Assembly (NCBI GenBank): GCA_904063045.1
Contig: CAJFCJ010000019.1
Coordinates: 248,001 to 312,000 of the forward strand
DNA from: Dimorphilus gyrociliatus
Lineage: Eukaryota > Animalia > Annelida
DNA: 64,000 bases
Reading direction: 5' to 3'
Positions 1 through 11,124 of this stretch are shown piece after piece. The translations under genes and the position numbers were made by a program. Below the pieces are notes generated by a model. That model was not told the DNA's origin, did no database searches, and saw only the letters and a list, made by a program, of their open reading frames with translations. Numbering within the stretch: the first letter of the stretch is position 1; every line of letters starts with the position of its first letter.

Positions 1-2668
1 TATATCTTTACAAGTTTTTGGCTCCTCACATTCACACGTATTACAACCATTTTTGTCTTTCTTGTAACCATTTGGGCAGAAAACAGCGCACCTTATCACT
101 GGACAGGTGACCTTACATTGACAAGTTTTACAGCCTCTTTCATCCCGGATATATTCCTGGCCAATAGGACAAGCCATGCATCTGAAAACTGGACAATTTT
201 CGCATTTCACTTGCGAATTGGATTCTACGCAAAATTTATCTCTTGGGCATGTGGCATCTTCACAGGAGTCAGCACACTTGCAAATTTCACATCCAGATTT
301 GCTATCTCTCTTCCATCCAAATTCACAGTACATTTTACAGCGGACAGGTTCGCAAATAGCCCTATTGACACATTTTCCAATTTCATGACAAATACCTCCA
401 TTATCGCAAACTTTGCTTAATATACAATCTTGGTTATTTTTACAGTTTGCTTCTTTACATGCGCGGTGCAAAATACATCTAGCTTCACCATTCTCTTCTA
501 CACAAAAATGTCCAACCTGACATAACATAGCTGCACAGGTAGTTTTTGGTTTAACACAGACAGCATCAGTTGGGCAAGGAGGGACTAAACATGGATGAAC
601 TTTCTCTTCGCAGATTTCTCCAAGTTCACATTTAATATCATCACATGAATTTTTTGGTGGTTTAATATCATGACATTCGCCAATAGGTCCTGGGCATTCA
701 CCATTAGCAAGACAACCACGAGTAATAATCATGCAATTTTGGTCTTTTCTACAATTAGCTTTGACGCAAACTGGGTCAAGAACACATCTAGCTTCACCAT
801 TCTCTTCTACACAAAAATGTCCAACCCGACATAACATAGCGGCACAGGTAGTTTGTTGTTTTACACAAACAGCACTAGTTGGGCAAGGAGGAACTAAACA
901 TGGATGAACTTTTTCTTTGCAATATTCACCAATGTTGCACTTCTTATATTGGCATTTGTTTTTAGGGACACAGCGTGCAATAGGTTTCTTACAAACAAAA
1001 CCAGGAATGCAAATCGATGTTGCTATTTCACAGCTTTCACCTTCTTTACATTTTTTGCAGAGATCGTTTGGTACGCATTTTAAGAATTGCTTGCAGGGTG
1101 CCTTTTTACATACGACAGTTTCAACTTTGCATTCTTCATTTGGTCTACATCTCTCACAAGTTGCCAATTCACATCGTGGATTTTTGTAGCATGGGGCGGT
1201 TACGCATTCGATGTCATCTTCAATGCAAACTTCGCCTGTACCACATTTCTTGTCTCGACAAGACGTAGGTTCTCTACATTTGCATATAGGACATCCGTTT
1301 AATTGTTCAAATCCATTTTCGCAGAACATTTCACACATGTATTTTGCACAGCCGCACGTTTTTGTTTCTTCATCGCAAACTTGGTTTTTAGGGCAATCGG
1401 AGTTTTTGCTGCAAGTTTCTGATTTCACACAACGGGGGTTTTTGTAGCATGGAGCAGTTACACATTGGATATCATCTTCGATACAAGTTTCTCCGGGACC
1501 ACATCTTTTGTCCAAGCAAGACTCTGATTTTCTACATTTGCATATAGGACATCCGTTTAATTGTTCAAATCCATCTTCGCAGAACAGAGTACACATGATT
1601 TTTGAACAGCCGCATGTTTTTGTTTCTTCATCGCAAACTTGGTTTTCAAGACAATCGGAGTTCTTACTACATTTGGGTACTGGTGATGGGTTACATGTGC
1701 AAGTGGGGCATCCATTTTTATCCATAACGTTACCGTGTTCACAAAAGATTGCGCACACGGGTGGACATTCTAATAATAAAGAAAATATTGGTAATTGAAA
1801 CTAATAATATACTAAGAGAATAATTTATACCTTGCTTGACGCATTGAGCAATCATACGACAAGGAGAGTGAGGGAAACAGTTTGGTTCTGGGAGCACTTT
1901 ACAAACAGTTCCTTGTTGACATGTTACAGCAGCACATGATGTTGGTGGTTGCGGTGGTAGAGGAGGAGGAGGACCATTGCATTTACACTCTTCACAGCCG
2001 TTTGATCCCTTTGCGAAACCGTTTAGGCAAAACATCCTACAGGTAACTGGTGGACAACAAGCACAAGTATCACAACCTGCTCTGTCTTTCTTAAATCCTG
2101 TCGTACATGCAATATCGCATTCCAGCGGTTTGCATGTTTTCTCTATTTTCGATGAAAATAATAGTGTAACTTTAGTCACTAATTGTCAAAAAGGTAACTT
2201 TACACACTTACCACATTTAGCTGGCGCATTTTTTTGAACGCTTTCGACACAAGTTTCATCTTCGTTACATTTCATTTCTTTACAATCGAAGGTGGGATGC
2301 TCTGGTTCGACACATGTGTAACCATATCGGCAAATCACTTGGAAAGGATTCGGATATTTATTCACGACACAGACGCTTTTGTGACCAGAACATGGATTTC
2401 TATCACAGGGATTGTCGCAACAAGACGAACAATCTGGACAACCATCCGATTTCAGATTGAGAACTCCGTACTTACAGTTTTCACAATGGTCACTGCAATC
2501 TTTACACCGGCAATCACAAATTCCTGGAGTTTCAGCATCTGGATGGATACCATATAAACAATCTTGTACAGTACATTCTTCACACCGTTCACCAGTCGGG
2601 ATTGATTGAACTTGAGACAGTAGAACTATTGCTGGTACCAGCAGAATAAGTTTTGAAATCTTCATCAT
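1..2668 (-). CDS. Antistasin/follistatin-N-like multi-domain Cys-rich protein, paralog A (3' end outside window)
   Basis: Signal peptide MMKISKLILLVPAIVLLSQVQS. Exons 2668-2212, 2142-1831, 1769-<1 with GT-AG junctions that keep frame. The last exon translated by hand is open to base 1 (~590 codons) with repeated C-x3-4-C-x2-3-C-x2-G-x6-7-GC-x2-C-x-C antistasin motifs. Confidence 0.88.
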
Positions 2669-3379
2669 TCCTCGATAAAGAGTATAGCCATACTAAAAGT
2701 TTTCAGCCTTTATATAGACAGCTCGTGCCAGGCACTACGGCCTTTTTTGTATTTTGAATATATTCGTGCCAAGCGGTGACAGTCTCTTCACCCCGGTACT
2801 GATTGGTGGTCTGTAGACCTATGTTATATTTGGCCAAAACAACAATAGAGCAGTTCAATCGAAAGCCCTTAGTAAGTAGTTTTAAGAAATGCACGTTTTT
2901 TTAGAAGGTGACTGTAAAGTCAAATGAAAATAATATAAGTTTGATACAAAATTATCTGGCATATATCTTTATACATCTACTATATATATACTAGTACTAT
3001 AAACACCAAAATACGTATTGAATTAGTATTGGCTATTGACTTAAGGTTAAAATATTAAATTTCAGGTATTAAGTACACGTAAGCAGGTGGCGCTAAAATC
3101 AGAACAAAAGAAATTTTATTGAAGTAAGCAAAATGAAAACTTTTTTGTGCATAAAACACATTTCTTTTTTTTTAAAAAGAAAATCTATTTTTAGCCGGTG
3201 GAAGAAACTCAATGGGCGTTTACACGCGCATGATTTGTATGAGTAATACTATTGCTAAATTGCGAAAATATTCATACGGACATCTGTCAAAATGAAGATC
3301 GATATATGCCAACTGCTCTTATTTAATTTTCATACACTATCCATACTGCAATTAACTCGTTCGAATCCGAAAGAAAATA

Positions 3380-4021
3380 ATGGCTGATGATAAAAGAATC
3401 GTTGTTATCGGAGTTGATGGAAGTGTTCGTTCAGAGCACGCTTTTGATTGTTGGTATTATTACAAACATCTGAACATTTATAAGTAATTATATGTATATA
3501 TCACATTGATTGTCAATAAATTGCACATCTAGGGTATGCTGAACATTTGCACAAAAAAAAGAACTACGTAATTGTCATCCATTCCGTTGAAGTGCATAAT
3601 GTCCATCCTTATCGTAAGTACATAAAGCATTATTACATTAATGATAAGTAATTGACATATTTACAGTTATTAAACCGTAATTTTTATACTTTTCTTATTA
3701 TTTCTAATAGCGTCAGTTTTTGTTTCGCCGGAAGTTATGCAAGCTGAATTCGAAAAGGAAAAGTCCAAGTCAAAGAAGCTGGAAGAGTACTACACCGAGA
3801 GACTTAAGCAAAGGAACATTGAAGGTGAATTTGTAATAAAAAATGGTAAACCTGGAGAAGCGATTGTAGCATTAGCTAATGATATGAAAACCGAAATGAT
3901 CGTTGTTGGAACAAGAGGTCACGGAAAACTAAGGAGAACAATACTTGGTTCAGTAAGTGATTATATCGTTCATCATGCTCATTGCGCAGTTATAACTGTC
4001 AGACCGGATGTTCCTCTTTAA
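3380..4021 (+). CDS. Universal stress protein (UspA family), 3 exons
   Basis: Exons 3380-3449, 3533-3613, 3711-4021 join in frame. N-terminal VVIGVDGS and C-terminal IVVGTRGHGKLRRTILGSVSDYIVHHAHCAV are USP signatures. Confidence 0.93.
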
Positions 4022-4315
4022 ACATGTATCTATTTTTATTGATTACTTAATTAAAAGTAAGTATTTGAAAGTATAATAAAATATCCATTAAGATTCAAAA
4101 GGGTGTACTAGGTAGAAATCATAGTAATCTCCAAAAAGGAACACAAAACAAACTAAACGTAATATTATTGCATAACATTTAAGATCCTTTATCTAATATT
4201 TTCATAAAAGTGAGGTAAAAAACTTGAGTATAGATCAAACAGTATATTTTCAATTCGATTATAAGCTCTTTCCATAACATCTTTATTCTTGCATCCATCT
4301 TCCTTCGATATATTT

Positions 4316-5942
4316 TTAAAACGCTACAGAAGTGTATTGCGGAGGTGGCGTTGATGGTAGAACCTCTATAGTGTCATATTGTTCAGGTTTTCCTTTCTCG
4401 TCACTTGGATGGATGTAGTAGGGCGGTGGACTGATCCCTTCTTTTATTTGTTTATTACCAGCGTCTTGATGATTGTCTGATTGTCTTACTGTTGCTCTTT
4501 TCTTCATCTGTAGGAGAATATATTATTACTAGGTCACTTATGAATACTATAAAAGATACTTACGTAGTGGCAAGTAAATACTGATATCACAACAGCCACC
4601 AAAATTAAAATTGTAACTGTGATAGCAATGGCAATAATATGATTTCGTTGTAATTTTTTTGTACATTGGCAAGTATTACAGCCGTTTACTTGTTCATACC
4701 CATCTTCGCAGAACGTAGCACACATGAGTTTTGGGCAAAAAATCAAGCATGTTCTTGTTGCTGCATCGCAAACTTGGTTTTCAAGACAATCGAAGTCCTT
4801 GCTGCAAGTTTCTGATTTCACACAACGGGGGTTTTTGTAGCATGGAGCAGTTACACATTGGATATCATCTTCGATACAAGTTTCTCCGGGACCACATCTT
4901 TTGTCCAAGCAAGACTCTGATTTTCTACATTTGCATATAGGACATCCGTTTAATTGTTCAAATCCATCTTCGCAGAACATTTCACACATGTATTTTGCAC
5001 AGCCGCACGTTTTCGTTTCTTCATCGCAAACTTGATTTGTAGGACAATCAGATTTTTTGCTGCAAGTTTCTGATTTTTTACATTGTGGATTTCTATTACA
5101 AGGGGCGGTTTCACATTGAATGTTATCTTCAACACAAATTTCACCTGGACCACATCTTTTTTCCGAACAAGACATTGATTCTCTACATTTGCATATGTTG
5201 CATCCGTTTAATTGTTCAAATCCATTTTCACAGAACATAGTACACATCACGTCTGGGCAGCCACACATTTTCGTTGTTACATCGCAAACTTGGTTTGTAG
5301 GGCAATCTGAGTTCTTGTTACATGTTGACGGTGGCGGTGGGTTACATGTGCAAGTAGGACATCCATTTTTATCCGTAACCTTGCCATATTCACAAAAGAT
5401 TTGGCATACAGGTGGACAAACTGTAAAAATATTATATAATCTGTATAATAATCCACAAATGAAGTATACCGTTTAAACTACTAACCACACTTGGCTGGTA
5501 TGCTATTTTTGAGGCTACCTTCAATACAGGTTTGACCATCGGGGCATTTCACATCTTTACAATCGAAGACGGGATGCTCTGGTTCGACACATGTATAACC
5601 ATATCGGCAAATCACTTGGAAAGGATTCGGATATTTATTCACGACACAGACGCTTTTGTGACCAGAACATGGATTTCTATCACAGGGATTGTCGCAACAA
5701 GACGAACAATCTGGACAACCATCCGATTTCAGATTGAGAACTCCGTACTTACAGTTTTCACAATGGTCACTGCAATCTTTACACCGGCAATCACAAATTC
5801 CTGGAGTTTCAGCATCTGGATGGATACCATATAAACAATCTTGTACAGTACATTCTTCACACCGTTCACCAGTCGGGTCCGAATGTACTTGAGACAATAG
5901 AACTATAGTTGATAACAGTAGAAGCAATTTAGAAATTTTCAT
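4316..5942 (-). CDS. Type I membrane protein with antistasin-repeat ectodomain, paralog B
   Basis: Exons 5942-5486, 5420-4564, 4507-4316 in frame. Signal peptide, four antistasin motifs, TM segment IIAIAITVTILILVAVVISVF, cytoplasmic tail with PPPY and PPQY. Confidence 0.88.
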
Positions 5943-6777
5943 CTTAACTCTACGAGTAAAAATCTCAAACTGAAAGTTTTTAAGCTATGTATAGCTTTAT
6001 GATCAATTTATTATTAACAAGTTCGTACCAAACGGTAACAGGCTCTTATTTCTTATATCTCCGCTTGGTGTCTTTGTTGGCCTATCGTTTGGTTTAAAGA
6101 AAAATAACAACAAGACGTTAGGTTAAAACCAACTTGTGTAGAAAACGGAAGTGAAAATTTGTAACTAAAGCTTCCAAGTGTAGAAAAAAGCAAATAGTCG
6201 TGGTTGACGTCATAAAAATGGAGATGATTATTGTCTACATGAAGGTCAAGGAAAAAACTGCGTAGTAATTTTATATTTATTATAGACTAATGCATTGGTT
6301 ACAAAGCTTAATCGGCGTTTCTAACCATTAGAGCAATTATAAGGGATGTTTTCTCTTTTTATAAGAAAATCATCTATTCATAAATTACTTATATATTTAT
6401 ATAAGGAATAGTTATGCGTACTTTCTTGAAAACTGATCGAAAAGTATGTAAAAGTGTGCAAAACAGTTGTTATTTTATTTGATAATCTGAGAAATTCTAT
6501 AACACACAAACACGAAAAATAGACAGAAAAACTACACTTTTTGTAGTATTTATCGAGTTTTTCAAATTCAAGTTTTCACGAATTAGCTGGTAAAATAGCT
6601 TTCCGTTTTAGATGGTCAAGTATTCGAATATATCGATAAAGGCATTAAAAAAATAGAAAATAGTTTAAATTAAAATTCTCTCTATATAAATGATATTTGG
6701 ATGAGAACTAATTTATAGGTTAAAGTGTCGTTTTTTTTTTTGGGTATAGAAACTTTCTCTCTCTCTCTCTCAAATAT

Positions 6778-7909
6778 CTAGCAAGAAAGTTCTGGTAGCC
6801 CTTTCTTCTTTTCGTCCTCTTCAGAAATTGTTCTAAGAGAGGTTGTAGAAGTATATCTAGGTGGTGGAGTTGCTGGTGGAACACTAACAAAATCAGTTGG
6901 TTCAACCTTTTTCTCTTCATCATTTGGGTAGATGTAATAGGGTGGTGGACATTCCTTTTGGTCTCCAATTGGTTTTTCATTCATAACTCTTTGTTGATTG
7001 GAGACTTGTCTGGCTCTAGCCTTTTTCTTAATCTATACGGAATGATATATGATAATTTGATCTTTGAGTTGTTGTGTTCTACAATCTTGCTAATACTTAC
7101 GCAGTAGCAAGTAATTCCGGTTACACCAACAATCACCAATATTAAGATTACAGCGGAAAGTATTATGGCTCCACGTTTGTGGTGCTTAAAAAATCCGAAA
7201 CAACTGTCGTCATCGTCATCGGTTTGTTCCTCGGGTATAAGAGATTTGGCTGTTAAGATCAAACAATGTATTTGAATTAGCACTGTACATATGTCTACTT
7301 ACCAACGCAGTATGGTTTTTCAACATCTCCATCTTTAAAAATATGACAAGCATGATGTTTTGCGCACTTCACCCTGTGGCAGAGGTGTTTTTCTGCACAT
7401 TTACACATGGGGCAGCCAGAGGGGTTAAAGAGCATACCATATCTACATTTCACGTATTCTCTATTCGAATCTTTATCAAAATGCCTCATTTCCGTTTCCT
7501 TTTTATGCTTATGGGAATCTCTATCTTTTTCATCATCCTGTTCACGTCCTTTCTTGTGGCGATCATGTTCACGCTCTCTTTCATGTTCACGCTCTCTTTC
7601 ATGTTCAGGATGATTCTCAGGTCTGGGCATATGTCCACTACCTTGCTCACTGTGTTTCATAAACCATTTTGAGCCGTGTCTAAAAGAACCATGTCTGCTG
7701 TCGTTATCATCATCGTCATCATCATCGTCATCATGGTCGTCATCCCGGTCATCATCTCTTTCGTGTCTCTCAATTACACGTTCACATCTTGCTGAACAAA
7801 CCGGTAGCTTGCTCGTATCCATCGACGGAGGCAGACCGGGCCTCTTCAAATGCTTTGCCTCAATGGCAACTGCAATCAGTGCCAGTAAAACGAGTAGGGC
7901 GACTTTCAT
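6778..7909 (-). CDS. Type I membrane protein with His/Asp/Glu-rich insert in an antistasin-like domain, paralog C
   Basis: Exons 7909-7303, 7249-7101, 7032-6778 in frame. Signal peptide MKVALLVLLALIAVAIEA, CRYGMLFNPSGCPMCKC, TM AIILSAVILILVIVGVTGI, tail with PPPY and PPRY. Confidence 0.85.
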
Positions 7910-8285
7910 CGTGAGCTTTTAAAAGATTAGTAAATTAAACGATGATAAACTGAATTTTTCCCTACACTGCTGTACCTGTATTTGCAGCACAGAGTCTGAT
8001 CGATTACCGATGCGCTTCTGAAAAACACAATAATTTATTAGCGAAATGCCTGGCGCTGTGGTCGTGATCTCTTTTAAATAATTATTCAAAAACTTCAAGA
8101 TCTTATATTCATATTCATATTTTAGTCTAATAACACAATAAAACAGTCTATATCGATATTATAATATATGCATCTAGGTCTATTTGACAGACAAAAGTTT
8201 CAAAACTGTCAATGCCAACATAAATTAAAGGTAACCATAATACCTAAAAACACTACAGTAGAGAGCTTTCTAAACCTTTGTGCAT

Positions 8286-8387
8286 GTATGATTCAGCGGC
8301 AAGTGATTGCATAGGGTAAAAAACTACGGTGAGGGCTTAGAAAGGTATGAGTCAGAGGCAAGTGATTGCAGGGGGTGAAAAACTCGG
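8286..8387. repeat. Imperfect ~44-bp direct repeat (two copies, 59-nt period)
   Basis: gtatgattcagcggcaagtgattgcatagggtaaaaaactacgg (8286-8329) versus gtatgagtcagaggcaagtgattgcagggggtgaaaaactcgg (8345-8387). Confidence 0.8.
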
Positions 8388-8912
8388 GCGTTATAAATTA
8401 TCATTTATTTTTAATTTAATACTTTTCAAAACAGACTTCATTGTGATAATAAATTTTTAGAAATCTTGATAGTATTTGATTAATGAAAAAAATTGTTTAT
8501 CTTCATTTATATATGTTTGTCATGTTTTTATATGTTTCATATTTTCTATTATTATAAAATAATTGACTAAAAATACTAAAAAAGCATTCAGAATGACATT
8601 AATATTTTATAAATGCTCCATCAAATGAATTAATGCAAAATTATGCAATTTTAAGAAATAGAGAAACACACAATTTAAAAAAAAAGCGGTAGGTGACAAT
8701 AAAGAATAGAACCAGTTGCCGCACTTTAAGTTCAGTGACTTATTAGCATTTTATTCATAAAAAAGCTTATTTTCAAAAAAACATTGATCAGTAACTGTGG
8801 AGTAATAAAAGCTTTAATAATATCCACGAGCATGTTCAATTTATAGTTGTGTGCAATTTATAAGTTGATTCTATTTTTCATTTGTTTTTTGTTTTTGTAT
8901 ATTTTCATTAGT

Positions 8913-10610
8913 TTAGAATTCTGATGTATCGATTTTCCATAATTCCTATCAGGAAGAGAATATTGTATTTTATATTATATGTATGGTTGAAAAGCAACTA
9001 TTATTAAGTATATTCATTATTTTAACATATTACTAAAAATCGAGATCTTTCATAATCCATGTAGACTTCTATTTCCTTTATATCAACTTGGTTAACATTA
9101 AATTTCACCCTGGGTAAGAGATTATCATGAATGACGTCATTGCTTTCTTTAATAAATTCATAGCCATCTAATTCTTCTAGACATGTTTTGAAATGTTCAT
9201 AAGCTTCACAACAAACGGCCAAATTGTTCAAAGTAAAATTAATTCTTTTTGAATAGATAAAAAAAGAATATCAATTAGGCAATAAAAAGGAAATTTAATA
9301 TTTATAATCATAAATTAACCTATATATTATTGTACCTTTTTTCTATTGCAATATATAAAATCTTATTCCAGCGTCCAATTGTCAAAAGTTGAAAGACGGT
9401 TCGAAAGAAAGCATTAGTTAGATCTTCATTGTAAACAACTACAATTAAAGAAAAGATATGATAAATATATTATTATATTACGCATTTGCAAATATATAGG
9501 CTTACAAGTTATATTTCAATAAATAATGAAATAAACAGTATTAAATGTAGTATGTGTACAAATAAAAATAGGTCTTTTCTTTATAAGATAAATATAAATG
9601 ATAAAAATTTCATAAGGAAAGTAAAAACAGCTTTCATTAAATGATATTCAACGTACCGTCAGCAGCAATAATATATTTTGCTTCCTCAGCTATTCTACGT
9701 TCTTCTGTATCCCATTTTAATAATTCTAACAATGTTTCTAAATATTAAGCTTTAATTAAATATTAACTTTTTAAATATAATGCTAAAATAACAGATATTA
9801 ATACCTTCCCAATTAATTTCTTTTGTTAAAACAGTGCTTCCTTCTTTAAGAAATTTCTTATTATTTTCAATATTCTTTTCGCATAATTTCAAAATATTTT
9901 CCCCCTTATCTAATGTTGTTTTTAGTAAACGATATTGTGTTATTTTAAGTGTTTTAAATAAATTTATATATCGTCAATATTAAACCTGTACAGATGACTG
10001 TTTTTGCAAAAATTCCTCCAATAATTCCAGCTAAACCAACTCCTGAACCTAATTCGATGATATCCTCATTTTTTAATTTTTGCCTTTGATCTATTAGTAA
10101 TTCGCAGAGTAGTAAACTACTATGCCATACTTGTAAACCAACATCTTTTATTAGGGTACACTGTGCATGGGCTATAAATAATAATATAATAATAATTTTC
10201 TTTGTCTTTTAATTGTCAAGTAAATTCTTTAATAGAAATTTTAAATCAGATGGCCTAGAAATATAAGTCTATTTATTTTGAATGACGCGATATTTACTTA
10301 TACTTATACTGATTTCATTGCCGCGTTTAAGTTTTCTTTCTCTTTTAAGAATAAAATCTCCATCGCTATCTCTTTTAACACCATCTACAGATTGGTCTTT
10401 ATTAGACAACGATATTTGCAATTCCGGTATTACAAATTCAAACGTGGTTTCGAACGCTATTCAAGGAAAATTTTTGATTTAATAAAAAAGACAAATAGAT
10501 TATGCTTCTTTTTTTATTAAACCTTCATAATCTTTTAAATTTTGTTCCTGTTTTTTCGCAATATTAAGAATATGAACGTTCGAGAGAGCCTCTTGCAACT
10601 CCCGCTCCAT
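8913..10610 (-). CDS. METTL22: Methyltransferase-like protein 22, multi-exon
   Basis: Spliced motifs ALSNVHIL, RDSDGDF, DVGLQVWHSSLLL, IELGSGVGLAG, IAIEKRINFTL, CEAYEHFKTCL, ELWKI match METTL22. Largely missed by the ORF track because exons are short. Confidence 0.88.
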
Positions 10611-11124
10611 CTTGAGCAGACGACATTTAATTCATCTGATAGATGGCGCTGCGAATAAGAAAGAAAAACCGGAAATGTAACGACAAATTCTTTCTTACTA
10701 ATGTAATACTATGAGAATCTTTGTGGTACATTAAACACAGCAAACAGCAATGAGATTTATTTTTATAAAATCTTAGCTACGTGCAAGGCAATAGAGAAGT
10801 GTTCAACACAACTTGAACAAACAACTAAAAAGTTTAATATGTTTGTTCCTTATGCTAAAGCAGAGATCAAAGAGAAAACTAAAGAAATTTTTATGCATGC
10901 AGACAAGTTATTTCAGCTGAATAGTTACAAAAATAACACTTAAACTCTTTCATCGAAAAATGATATTATTTTTTTTTAAAAAAAATCAAGAGTAAAAGGT
11001 TACGTAACTATTGCATCATTCGGTCTATATCTTTTCGTTGTTTTCACATATCAACTAGATCAATTAATAAAAACAAAAGAGTAAAACTTTGGCATTCATT
11101 TTGTTTTCTTGATATTTAAAGCGT

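Noticed and set aside
1170-5420. Repeated blocks as CRISPR array or transposon
   Set aside because: They are in-frame coding domain repeats in a spliced eukaryotic gene; no repeat-spacer pattern.
118-5892. Many plus-strand ORFs over the Cys-rich genes
   Set aside because: Antisense shadows of the minus-strand exons; their duplication simply mirrors the gene duplication.
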